Assembly: GCA_018303825.1 (NCBI GenBank)
Contig: JAGVXK010000009.1
Location: 1-41,915 of the forward strand
Reading direction: 5' to 3'
DNA: 41,915 bases
Source of the DNA: Candidatus Pacearchaeota archaeon
GTDB taxonomy: Archaea > Nanobdellota > Nanobdellia > Pacearchaeales > GW2011-AR1
A program made the translations under genes and the position numbers. The notes beneath the pieces were generated by a model. It had not been told where the DNA came from and did not search any database. It was given only the letters and a program-made list of their open reading frames with translations. Shown here one piece after another: positions 26,637 to 35,970 of the stretch (position 1 is the first letter of the stretch; each line of letters opens with the position of its first letter).

Positions 26637-27842
26637 ATGACATACACAAACAAATTGGTCTTTCTTGTAGCTGCTTTATTGCTGGCTGTTTTTGCAGTCA
26701 GCGCTGTAAGCGCACTTGGAACCATCAATCATGTGGAAGTTAATGGTGTAGATGCTGCGGGCGGAGTTGTGAATGTTGCTTCTTTCGCTGGCGATGTTTT
26801 GCCAGTAAGAGTTGAATTCACAGCCGACCAAACAGTAGATGATGTAAGAGTAAAGGCATGGATTTCTGGCGGAAGAGAATACTCAGCCGTCACTGAAAGA
26901 TTTGATGTATTGCAAGACAGCACATACAGCAGATTAGTTTCGGTCCAAATGCCAAGCAACATTGATCCAAGTGAAAGTTTGGAATTGAATGTTGTTGTTG
27001 AAGCCAGAAATGGAGACAGTATTGAAACAACTGTCTCGATAGCTGCTCAAAGAGAATCTTATGTTGTTGATGTTTTGGACGTCGCAATGGACAGCAAAGT
27101 GAAAGCCGGAAGTTCATTAGCACTAGATATAGTGCTGAAGAACAGAGGAAGACACCTTGCTGAAGATACATTTGTTAGAGCAAGTATACCTGCATTGGGA
27201 ATAGAAGCTAAAGGATACTTTGGCGACTTATCCAGTGTTGATACTGTTGATCCTGACAAAGAAGACGCTGCTGAAAGAAGGCTAGTTTTAAGAATTCCTT
27301 CTGATGCTCCTGCTGGAGTCTACACTGTTGAAATAGAAGCTTACAATGGTGACTCAGTTACAACTACAGTAAGAAAAGTTGCTGTTGTTGGTGCTGGTGC
27401 AGACACAAGCATTGTTAGCTCTGGTTCAAGCAAGACATTTGCTGCTGGTGAGAAAGCTGTTTACAGCTTGACACTAGTAAACTCTGGAGACAAAATCAGA
27501 GTATACAGTCTTGTATTGGATACACCAACCGGTTTAACAGTTACTAGCGATGATTCAGTTTTGGCAGTCCCTGCCGGATCTAGCAGAACAGTTAAATTAG
27601 AAGTTTCAGCCGCAAAAGCTGGAAAATACAACTTTGGTGTTAACGTACACAGTGATGGAGCTCTTGTTCAGAGCGTAAACTATATGGCAAGCGTTGAAGG
27701 AAGCAAGATTGCTGGCGGAAATGCTACTGTCCTATTGACAGTCATTTTGGCTATAATCTTTGTCGTTCTTCTTGTTGTCTTAATAGTTTTGCTTACAAGA
27801 AAACCTAAGAAGTCCGAAGAGTTCGGCGAAAGCTACTACTAA
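26637..27842 (+). CDS. Secreted Ig-like/CARDB surface (S-layer-like) protein with C-terminal TM anchor
   Basis: Signal peptide, beta-rich repeats (LKNRG, LVNSG), C-terminal TM and tail KKSEEFGESYY. Confidence 0.75.
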   Translation: MTYTNKLVFLVAALLLAVFAVSAVSALGTINHVEVNGVDAAGGVVNVASFAGDVLPVRVEFTADQTVDDVRVKAWISGGREYSAVTERFDVLQDSTYSRLVSVQMPSNIDPSESLELNVVVEARNGDSIETTVSIAAQRESYVVDVLDVAMDSKVKAGSSLALDIVLKNRGRHLAEDTFVRASIPALGIEAKGYFGDLSSVDTVDPDKEDAAERRLVLRIPSDAPAGVYTVEIEAYNGDSVTTTVRKVAVVGAGADTSIVSSGSSKTFAAGEKAVYSLTLVNSGDKIRVYSLVLDTPTGLTVTSDDSVLAVPAGSSRTVKLEVSAAKAGKYNFGVNVHSDGALVQSVNYMASVEGSKIAGGNATVLLTVILAIIFVVLLVVLIVLLTRKPKKSEEFGESYY

Positions 27843-27982
27843 ACATAATTTTTATTTTTTTACTTTTTTAATTTAGTAGCCTTTCTTTTTTTATAAGAAA
27901 GAAGTTGTTGGATGATTCTGACTGGCTTATACACTGGCTTTAGCATAGTTATTTTTATATACACTTATTCCATTCATTATAA

Positions 27983-30892
27983 GTGGTGTATGTAAAAAAG
28001 CTGGTGATGCAGGGCTTTAAGAGCTTTGCAAAGAGGACAGAGATAATTTTTAGTATGGGGGTTAACTGCATACTTGGCGCGAATGGCAGCGGAAAATCTA
28101 ACATTGCAGATGCAATTTGCTTCGTTTTGGGAAGGAGAAGCATAAAGTCAATGAGGGCTGCAAGAGCAAGAAACTTAATATTTATGGGAAGCAAGTATAT
28201 CAAGCCATCAAGAGAAGCTTTTGTTGAGATTATTTTTGATAATACAGATAGGGGATTTAACATAGACAAAGATGAGGTTCATATTAGAAGAACGGTAAGG
28301 GTTAATGGGCAAAGCATATACAAATTAAATGGTGAAATAAAGACAAGCGCAGAGATCCTTGAAACACTTGCACAGGCAGGAATAGACCCTTACGGCTTCA
28401 ATCTGATATTGCAAGGGCAAATACAGAGCATTGTAAGAATGCACTCAGAAGACAGGAGAAAAATCATTGAGGAAGTATCAGGAATAGCCGTTTATGAATC
28501 TAGAAAGAAAAAAGCACTGCATGAGCTGGAAAAGACGGATGAAAAACTCAAAGAAATAGGTGCCATTTTAAGGGAAAGGGGAATTTTTTTAAGGAATCTT
28601 GAAAAAGAAAAGGAACAGGCAGAAAAATACAATGAGCTCCAAAGCACAGTGAAAAGAGCAAAGGCAACAATACTGCACAAGAGGAGCGAGGAAAAAAAGA
28701 GAGAAATTCATTCTATTTTAAAGTCCATTCAGGATAAAAACGAACAAAAGGAGAAAATAATAAATAGGAGAAAAAAAGTAGAAAAGGATAATCAGGTTCT
28801 TGACGAAAAAATAAATGGCATAAATAAAGAAATACAAAGAGCAACAGGAGTTGAACAGGGGGAATTGCAGGAGCAGATAGTAAATTTGAAATCGGAAATA
28901 GAGGGATTGAAGGTAAGAAAAGAGAATTATGAGAATAAAAAAACAGAAATAGAGAGGAGAATAGAACAGGTCAGTAATTCTATTCCCGAATTAGAGCAGG
29001 AAATCGAGGAATTAAAGAAAGAATCGCCTATAACAGCAAAGAAAGCAGCAGAATTGAAGGAAAAGAAGAATGAATTAACAATAATAGAAGAGGAAAGAAA
29101 AAAACTAATAGCTATAGAGTCAGAACTTAATTCTATCAAAGAAAGAAAAAATGAAAAGGAAAGACAGATTGCAAAAACAAATGCAGAATCGGAATCATTA
29201 TTAAGGCAAATAGAAGAAGAGCTTTCTAAATTGAACCATAAAACAGAAGATGAATGCATTAGAGCAATACAAAGCCAAAAGGAAAAGCTTATTGAAAAGA
29301 ATAAAGAAATCACAGGTATTGAAAAGGCACAAATTGAAAATGAAAAAATAGTGTCTGTTTCTGATTTTGAAATAAAAAGGCTTGGAGATATCAAGAATAA
29401 GCTTGACAACATAGATGTCTGCCCATTATGCCAGACAAAAATAACGGGGGATCATGTAAAACATGTTTTCAATGAAGCAGATGAAGGAATTGAGATAGCT
29501 AGAAAGAAAAAAGAAAAGGCAAATGAAGAAATTACGCGAACAATGGAGATTAAGCATAAGCTTGCTAATGAGATAAAATCAAATGAAGAGAGCATAACAA
29601 GGCTTGAATTTGAGCTGAACAAGCATAAGAATGCAAAGGAAAAACAGGAAAGATTAAAGAAAATAGTGGAAGAAGAGAAAGTATTGAAAAATGAATTGAA
29701 GAGGTTTGAAGAAAAAAGAATTAATCTTGAAAAAGCAGGAGAGGGAATAGATAGAATAGAAGAGCAATATCATAAAAAGATGCTTGAAATAGAGGAAATA
29801 TCATCCAGAAATGATGAGAATATAGACAATCTTCTTTTATACAAGCAAAGAGACCTTGAAAGTTTTAACACAATTATAAAGCAAAGCAAGAAAGGACTGA
29901 AAGAAGTTGAGGAAGATATTGAAGAGATAACATCTGCTTTAGACAAAAAGATAGATGTGCTTGATGAAAAGGAAAAGCAGGAAGAAGAATTAACAAAAAG
30001 GTTCAATAAGATGTTTCAAGAGAGAGATAAGATGCAGAAAGAAATACATAATAATAACATTAAAATGGCTGAGCTGCAAAATGAAATTCGAGCTGTTGAA
30101 GAGCAAGCAAATTATTTAAAGATTGGAAAAGCAAAAGCAGATGCTGAATTGGATGCCACAAACATGGAGTTAAGCGAGTTTGCTGGAGTTGAATTGCTTC
30201 AGGGAAGCATACAACATTTAGAGGAAAGATTGAGGAAGGCACAGGAATCGCTTTTAGTCATAGGAAATATAAACATGAGAGCATTGCAAGTATATCAAGA
30301 GGTTAAGAAAGAGTATGATATTGTTCAAGATAAAGCAGGTACAATTGAAAAAGAAAAGATTGAGATTTTGAAAATTATAGAAGAAGTAGATAAGAAAAAG
30401 ACAAGAGAATTTATGAAGACATTCAAAGGAATAAATGCTCTTTTCTCTGAAAATTTTGCAAAACTATCTGCAAAGGGGCATGCTTATCTTGAAATTGAGA
30501 ATCAGGAAGATATATTCGCTGGAGGAATCAATATAATCGTAAAGCTTGCAAAGGGAAAGTACTTCGATGTGACTTCTCTTTCTGGCGGAGAGCAAACACT
30601 TGTCGCCCTGTCCTTGCTGTTTGCCATACAGGAGTTCAAACCGTATCACTTCTATATATTCGATGAAATTGATGCCGCCCTTGATAAAAGAAACTCGGAA
30701 AGGCTTGCTGCTTTATTAAACCAGTACATGAAATCAGGGCAGTATATTGTTATAACTCACAATGATGCCATTATTCTAAACAACAACCTATTATACGGCG
30801 CAAGCATGCAAGAAGGAGTTTCAAAGGTTCTTTCATGGAAGGTTAGCAGGGACAATCCTGAGCAGGCAGCAACTGAAATCAATAAGACTTAG
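27983..30892 (+). CDS. smc: Smc-family ATPase with central CPLC zinc-hook-like motif
   Basis: GANGSGKSN Walker A, LQGQI Q-loop, GNINMRA, LSGGEQ, FDEIDAALD, ITH; CPLC at residues 480-483 of 969 (29420-29431). Confidence 0.9.
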   Translation: MVYVKKLVMQGFKSFAKRTEIIFSMGVNCILGANGSGKSNIADAICFVLGRRSIKSMRAARARNLIFMGSKYIKPSREAFVEIIFDNTDRGFNIDKDEVHIRRTVRVNGQSIYKLNGEIKTSAEILETLAQAGIDPYGFNLILQGQIQSIVRMHSEDRRKIIEEVSGIAVYESRKKKALHELEKTDEKLKEIGAILRERGIFLRNLEKEKEQAEKYNELQSTVKRAKATILHKRSEEKKREIHSILKSIQDKNEQKEKIINRRKKVEKDNQVLDEKINGINKEIQRATGVEQGELQEQIVNLKSEIEGLKVRKENYENKKTEIERRIEQVSNSIPELEQEIEELKKESPITAKKAAELKEKKNELTIIEEERKKLIAIESELNSIKERKNEKERQIAKTNAESESLLRQIEEELSKLNHKTEDECIRAIQSQKEKLIEKNKEITGIEKAQIENEKIVSVSDFEIKRLGDIKNKLDNIDVCPLCQTKITGDHVKHVFNEADEGIEIARKKKEKANEEITRTMEIKHKLANEIKSNEESITRLEFELNKHKNAKEKQERLKKIVEEEKVLKNELKRFEEKRINLEKAGEGIDRIEEQYHKKMLEIEEISSRNDENIDNLLLYKQRDLESFNTIIKQSKKGLKEVEEDIEEITSALDKKIDVLDEKEKQEEELTKRFNKMFQERDKMQKEIHNNNIKMAELQNEIRAVEEQANYLKIGKAKADAELDATNMELSEFAGVELLQGSIQHLEERLRKAQESLLVIGNINMRALQVYQEVKKEYDIVQDKAGTIEKEKIEILKIIEEVDKKKTREFMKTFKGINALFSENFAKLSAKGHAYLEIENQEDIFAGGINIIVKLAKGKYFDVTSLSGGEQTLVALSLLFAIQEFKPYHFYIFDEIDAALDKRNSERLAALLNQYMKSGQYIVITHNDAIILNNNLLYGASMQEGVSKVLSWKVSRDNPEQAATEINKT

Positions 30893-31088
30893 CAATAGCC
30901 TTTAGAAAAGCCTAGGGAAAGCAAGGTGCTAAAGCAAAAGAATTAAACATAATGAAAGGCAATGGTAATAAATTCAAATATTATATATAGCTTATATTGG
31001 TTTTATCATATATCTGCTGGTTATTAGTGTGCATTCTAATTAACAAATCTAAAAGTTTAAAAAACACTCTTCGCAAGTATATTTTGTC

Positions 31089-31115
31089 TGCCCAAATCGT
31101 ATAACGGCTAGTACA
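31089..31115 (+). repeat. 27-bp duplicate of tRNA-Asp 5' end (att-like)
   Basis: TGCCCAAATCGTATAACGGCTAGTACA identical to 31746-31772. Confidence 0.92.
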
Positions 31116-31144
31116 TGATAATAAAGGTACGAATATACTAACTC

Positions 31145-31369
31145 CTAAATCAGCTTCTCAAAATCTTCTCTAGACAATTTGACTTGCTTTAATATCTCCA
31201 ACAAAAGCCCAGGTCCAAGATCTTCATTTCCATGAACAGGTACTACCGTTCTTCTTCCATCAAGATGTTTAAACCTTACATGACTTCCCTTTCCATATAC
31301 TTTCTCAAATCCAAGTTTTTCTAATATTTTACACATCTCTTTTCCAGAAACCTTAGAAAGCTTTGTCAT
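31145..31369 (-). CDS. hicA: HicA toxin
   Basis: LEKLGF...GKGSHVRFKH...TVVPVHGNEDL...LLLEILKQ. Confidence 0.92.
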   Translation of the reverse strand: MTKLSKVSGKEMCKILEKLGFEKVYGKGSHVRFKHLDGRRTVVPVHGNEDLGPGLLLEILKQVKLSREDFEKLI

Positions 31370-31372
31370 TTT

Positions 31373-31588
31373 TTAACTGGTAGCTACTTCGACTCTTTGA
31401 ATGCCTACAAACTTCATGGGCTTTATAATCTCTTTTCCGTCTGCTTCTAAACAAACCTCTATTGCTTCTTTTATCCTTTCAAGCACTTGCTGGATTGTTT
31501 TGCCCTGTGTGTGGCACCCCTGAATTTCAGGAACACTGGCCACAAACCATCCTTCTTCATCCTTTTCAATTATTACATTATATTCCAT
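31373..31588 (-). CDS. hicB: HicB antitoxin (short, N-terminal domain only)
   Basis: VIIEKDEEGWFVASVPEIQGCHTQGKTIQQVLERIKEAI. Confidence 0.92.
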   Translation of the reverse strand: MEYNVIIEKDEEGWFVASVPEIQGCHTQGKTIQQVLERIKEAIEVCLEADGKEIIKPMKFVGIQRVEVATS

Positions 31589-31746
31589 GTTTTCTCAAAT
31601 CAATTTCAATTTAAATACCTTTCTAAATACAAGTTTTTTTTGAGTTTTGATAAAATACTTAAAGTATCAATCTTATTTTTTGTCCGAAGAAAATCTTAAA
31701 ATAAACATTTAAAAACCACAAAACTTAAATCATTTTATCATTAAAT

Positions 31747-31818
31747 GCCCAAATCGTATAACGGCTAGTACACAACCCTGTCGCGGTTGAGACCCGGGTT
31801 CAATTCCCGGTTTGGGCG
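31747..31818 (+). tRNA. tRNA-Asp(GTC)
   Basis: GCCCAAA/TTTGGGC acceptor, CAACC/GGTTG anticodon stem with loop CTGTCGC, CCGGG-TTCAATT-CCCGG T arm, discriminator G. Confidence 0.95.
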
Positions 31819-31903
31819 TGTATCATTCTGGAGTAATAACAAATTAGAAAGATTTATAAAGGGCAAGACGCCCCTAAAAATATAAGAAAATTATAACTTT
31901 ATT

Positions 31904-32059
31904 ATGATGGCAAAAAAAGAATATACTATCAGAAAAAAAATCGCAAGTCAAGGAGAAAACTCAATTATAGTCATACCTAAGCTATTAAGAGACGAGTTAA
32001 AACCCCACACTATTGTCGAAATAAATATCCAAATTTTAGAGGAGACAATTTCAAAATGA
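31904..32059 (+). CDS. Small AbrB-like (swapped-hairpin) DNA-binding protein, 51 aa
   Basis: MMAKKEYTIRKKIASQGENSIIVIPKLLRDELKPHTIVEINI; ATGA overlap with the next gene; not in ORF track. Confidence 0.6.
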   Translation: MMAKKEYTIRKKIASQGENSIIVIPKLLRDELKPHTIVEINIQILEETISK

Positions 32060-33057
32060 AAAACGAAACTGTTCATAGAATCTTGTATGCTCCCCCAAGA
32101 GGAATAGGTGATATGATATTTTCATTACCTCTGCTTCATTCTTTAAGAGGAGCATATCCTCAAGCGAGTATTCATGTTCCAATGCCAAGAGATAAAGAGG
32201 GGATTTTAAGATTAATTGGATTTCTAAAAAACACTCCAAGATATTTACCAAAACCTTCTGAAGACTCCTTAGCAAACGATAGATGGCAGGCATCAGTAAG
32301 AGGAGATACAAAAGAAAAATATAGATTAGAAAAATTAATTTATGAGAAATATTTAGAAGGTCAAGAATTCGATTTAGCATTAATTCCTAAAGATTTTACT
32401 ATAGATAGTATAACCTGTCCAGAGCAAGTTTGCGAGAGAGATTTAAGAGATGCAGGATTCCCTACAGATGGAAAACACATGGTTGATAGATTTTTAGGAT
32501 TTGTAGATTATTTGAAGATTCCAAGAGTGATGAGTTTTGATTTAGCAGTTGACAAACAAAAAGATGCGACTCTAAATTCTGGTTGGAGATTGCAGAGCGA
32601 TAGACCCTATGTTGTTTTGAATCTTGGGGCAAGTTTAGGTAGAAAAGTTTGGAACGATAAAGGTTATAGTGAAACAGCATCTTGGTGTCTTGATAATGGA
32701 TTAACTGTAGTTTTAGTCGGAGATAAAGACTCTTTTGATATGGCATCAAGAATAGAAAGAGAAGAGGGGAGAGTATTTAATACAGTTTTAAGACAAGGTT
32801 ATGCTTTTGATTTAGAAAACTTTGCTCGTCTTGCTTTTAAAGCAGGAGCAGTTGTAAGTCCTGATACGGGGGTTTTACATATAGCTGATGCTGTTGGTGC
32901 AAAAGTAATCGGATTATATAGTGCAACTTCTCCAGCAAAATATGCCCCCTATAATAATCGACTAAATGTTATTTCAAGATATGGCAGTGACCAGAATGTC
33001 CAGAATATACCTTCAAGGGAAGTAATTAAAAAGATTGAGGAGGTTGTCCAAAAATGA
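32056..33057 (+). CDS. Glycosyltransferase family 9 (heptosyltransferase-like)
   Basis: RGIGDMIFSLPLLHSLRGAYP, LNLGASLGRKVW, SPDTGVLHIADAVG. Confidence 0.88.
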   Translation: MKNETVHRILYAPPRGIGDMIFSLPLLHSLRGAYPQASIHVPMPRDKEGILRLIGFLKNTPRYLPKPSEDSLANDRWQASVRGDTKEKYRLEKLIYEKYLEGQEFDLALIPKDFTIDSITCPEQVCERDLRDAGFPTDGKHMVDRFLGFVDYLKIPRVMSFDLAVDKQKDATLNSGWRLQSDRPYVVLNLGASLGRKVWNDKGYSETASWCLDNGLTVVLVGDKDSFDMASRIEREEGRVFNTVLRQGYAFDLENFARLAFKAGAVVSPDTGVLHIADAVGAKVIGLYSATSPAKYAPYNNRLNVISRYGSDQNVQNIPSREVIKKIEEVVQK

Positions 33058-33686
33058 AATTAGAAGAAATAACTGCGAGACATGAACATCCTATCATTGG
33101 GATAATTGGAGCTACATCTCCTTTGCCTGATTATGACGGCGATGATGCTTATAGACTGGGTTATGAACTTAGACAAGTTGTAGACAATAAGGGAAGTTTA
33201 TTCACGGGGGGGGTTTCGGGTGTCGGTATTGATGTATACAGAGGAATAGTGGATTATTGTTTGGGGAAAGATGTAGATGATAAATTCTTTGTTCTATTTC
33301 CTAATATGGACCTTGAACCTCCACAAGAATATTTTAAACTTGCTGGAAAAACAAAAAATAGAGTTTTAAGAGTAGAAAAAGTAGGTCAGGATATGGAAGA
33401 AAGAAGGTCTTATGTTGGAGCAGTGGCTGATTTATTAGTCTTAGTTAATGGTTCAGTTGGAACAATTGACGAAGCATTAAAAGGCTTATTTTTAGGAAAA
33501 CAAGTTATTTGTTTACAAAATTCTGGAGGAGCTTCAGATGTTCTCTCAAGATTTAAAAAAGGAGAGATTGAGATTCCGTTAAATGTAGATAGAGAATTGA
33601 TAAAACCTTTTGATTCAATAAGTGAAATAGTAAATTATTTATCAAACAATGCATTATATAATGAAGGAGCTGAAAGTAAAAAATGA
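33054..33686 (+). CDS. SLOG/LOG-family nucleotide-binding protein
   Basis: IGIIGA, FTGGVSGV, ERRSYVGAVAD, NGSVGTIDE, NSGGASD. Confidence 0.8.
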   Translation: MKLEEITARHEHPIIGIIGATSPLPDYDGDDAYRLGYELRQVVDNKGSLFTGGVSGVGIDVYRGIVDYCLGKDVDDKFFVLFPNMDLEPPQEYFKLAGKTKNRVLRVEKVGQDMEERRSYVGAVADLLVLVNGSVGTIDEALKGLFLGKQVICLQNSGGASDVLSRFKKGEIEIPLNVDRELIKPFDSISEIVNYLSNNALYNEGAESKK

Positions 33687-34774
33687 CAAATTTAGAAGAG
33701 ATTTTCAGAGATAAATATGCAGACCTTTTAGGTAGTGGTAAAAAGAAAAAGCCAAAAAAGGATTTGCTTGCTGAAGATGATAGATTAAGGCAGAAGTATA
33801 GGGATTTAGGTATTGATTTAGGTGAACCAAAAGAACTAAGAGAAGAAGATGATGATTTAAGAATTAGATTGCCCAAGAAAAAAGGAAAATATGGAGAATT
33901 AGAAGATTTGGGGAGTTCTGTAGGTCTATTGTCAAAATACTTGATTAAAAAACTCATTAAAGATAATATTTATGAAAATAAAAATATAATTTTAAAGAAT
34001 AATAAATACTTCGATTTAAAAAAGGAATTTAAGGAAGAGATTATTAAAAATTACAATATTTTAAACATTATAAGTAATAATTTTAGTAAGATTCAATCTA
34101 CACCATTAGGACTTAATTTAACTTTAGGAGATTCTGCCTCAATTAATGCAGATAACATCGGAGAATTTGCATTACCAATAGTTGAATATATACATCAGAC
34201 TCAACCCGACTTTGTAGTAGCAAGTGATAGGGGAGCAAGATTATTAGGTCTTGCAGTATTCAGATTGCATAAAAGGTTATACGGAAGATTTCCAACTGCT
34301 GATGGGACAATTAGGTTTAGAAGATTTAGTAAGAGCAATACTCAAGAAGCTACTGAAAAGCATATACAACCATTAGTAGATGAGATATTAGCATGCAAAA
34401 AGAAACCAACTGTTTTAGTATTAGATGACTGGGTTTGTTCTGGAGGCACAAAAAGATTAGCTCAAAATGTGTTAGATAAATTAGGTAAGGGAAAGATTAA
34501 AATAAAGTTTGGAGTTTTAGTTGGTGCTGGAGCTGATGTTTCAGGTCATAGTGGGCAAACATCTGGTTTTGCTGGTGTTACTGACTGGAGAGATTACTCA
34601 GATATAATCGGAGTTAGATATGGTAAAGATAATTGGGGTTCTACAGGAATAAAAGCGCAACCAGTGAGAAGCGAACAAGCAAGAGATTATAGAAAAAGAA
34701 TGTATGAGGGTATTGATAAATTAGTTGATAGAATTGCTGAAGAAGGAAAAGAAGCAGTTATGGCTAAACATTAA
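33683..34774 (+). CDS. Type I phosphoribosyltransferase domain with long charged N-terminal extension
   Basis: VVASDRGAR and VLVLDDWVCSGGT (PRPP-binding loop). Confidence 0.75.
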   Translation: MTNLEEIFRDKYADLLGSGKKKKPKKDLLAEDDRLRQKYRDLGIDLGEPKELREEDDDLRIRLPKKKGKYGELEDLGSSVGLLSKYLIKKLIKDNIYENKNIILKNNKYFDLKKEFKEEIIKNYNILNIISNNFSKIQSTPLGLNLTLGDSASINADNIGEFALPIVEYIHQTQPDFVVASDRGARLLGLAVFRLHKRLYGRFPTADGTIRFRRFSKSNTQEATEKHIQPLVDEILACKKKPTVLVLDDWVCSGGTKRLAQNVLDKLGKGKIKIKFGVLVGAGADVSGHSGQTSGFAGVTDWRDYSDIIGVRYGKDNWGSTGIKAQPVRSEQARDYRKRMYEGIDKLVDRIAEEGKEAVMAKH

Positions 34775-34907
34775 CCAAAATAATTCTGAATAACAATTCA
34801 ATTTCGATAATTCTATAAAGTTGGCTTTTAGTTAAACAGATATTTATAGTAACATTTAATCAAATGGTCATTGTTTATTCTTAATTTTTACACATATTAC
34901 CCCAAAT

Positions 34908-34930
34908 TTCAATTAGTCCGGTTTGGGCGT
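34908..34930 (+). repeat. Degenerate duplicate of tRNA-Asp 3' end (att-like)
   Basis: TTCAATT (34908-34914) and CCGGTTTGGGCGT (34918-34930) match 31799-31805 and 31807-31819. Confidence 0.7.
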
Positions 34931-34999
34931 AATACTATTTTGCGATTAGAGAAAGTTTTATATACATTGCATTATTGGCTTAATAAAGAGGTGCAAATA

Positions 35000-35194
35000 A
35001 TGGCAAAGAAAGGTTTACTTGAAGTAGTGCTTTGGATTGTTGGTGTGATTGTTTCCTTGGCTGTAGGATTCGGAATGATTTCTGGAACTTTAACTGTTCC
35101 ATTTGTTCAGTCAGTTGTTCCTGTAGCTGGATGGATTGTAGTGATAGGAACAGTCATCGGAGTAATTGCCGCTATAATAAAAGCTATAAAATAA
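35000..35194 (+). CDS. Small two-TM membrane protein
   Basis: GAGGTG SD-like motif then ATG 35000 MAKKGLLEVV. Confidence 0.7.
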   Translation: MAKKGLLEVVLWIVGVIVSLAVGFGMISGTLTVPFVQSVVPVAGWIVVIGTVIGVIAAIIKAIK

Positions 35195-35359
35195 ATAGAT
35201 TATTTATTTCTTTTTTTATTTTTTATATTTGGCAATTTCTTCCTGTTCAATTCCCAGTAAAGTCCACTTCTGGCGTAATTGAGTTTTAGAAAGATAATTA
35301 TACCTGATTTTCCTTATGTTTTTATGTCCAAGGAGAGTATACTGAAAAGGGAAAATAGA

Positions 35360-35476
35360 ATGGCAAGAAGAAAAAAAGCCATAGCAAATGATGAATGTCC
35401 TAATTGTGGCGTTAAATTAAGAGACAAATGGCGTGGCGGAGGGATGTATTGCCCGAAGTGCAACTGGGAAAAATAA
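35360..35476 (+). CDS. 38-aa zinc-ribbon protein
   Basis: CPNCG...CPKCNW; start MARRKK. Confidence 0.55.
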   Translation: MARRKKAIANDECPNCGVKLRDKWRGGGMYCPKCNWEK

Positions 35477-35532
35477 ATTAAATTCATTGTGTGGGCTTAT
35501 AAAAAAACTTAAACATAAAAGAGAGGAAGTGG

Positions 35533-35871
35533 TTATTTATTTAGTTCTTTCTTTAGATATTGCCTATGCAGAAACATCATTAACCCCTGATTTGGCAGCC
35601 AATGGGGGCATACATTATTGGGCATGACATTTAAATAATTTTGAGCTGATTTTGGATTGCCGCAATGCCACATTCTTTCCCTTACAAATACACAATATTC
35701 GCAACAAATTGGAAATTTAAGCGGCCGATAACTTCTATTAAGTTCTTTTCGCCATATTCTCTCCGATTCTTTCTTTATGCCCCTATATTCTGTAGATTCG
35801 ACAACAGCTTCAGGGAATTCTACGATGCCTCTTAGCCTTATCTTGTCAGCTAATTGAACTCGTATGTCCAT
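35533..35871 (-). CDS. Cys-cluster hypothetical protein
   Basis: CCEYC...HCGN...VCPHW. Confidence 0.6.
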   Translation of the reverse strand: MDIRVQLADKIRLRGIVEFPEAVVESTEYRGIKKESERIWRKELNRSYRPLKFPICCEYCVFVRERMWHCGNPKSAQNYLNVMPNNVCPHWLPNQGLMMFLHRQYLKKELNK

Positions 35872-35970
35872 TTGATTAGTAAAAAGATACCTTTTAAATA
35901 GATTTATGCAAAATAAACATTATTTCCTTTTCCTGAGTAGATTTATAAATTGCATATTATTCAATGGTTT

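Noticed and set aside
26224-27941. ACTGGCTT repeated three times around the surface-protein gene
   Set aside because: 8-mer with inconsistent spacing and no dyad; cannot distinguish from chance.
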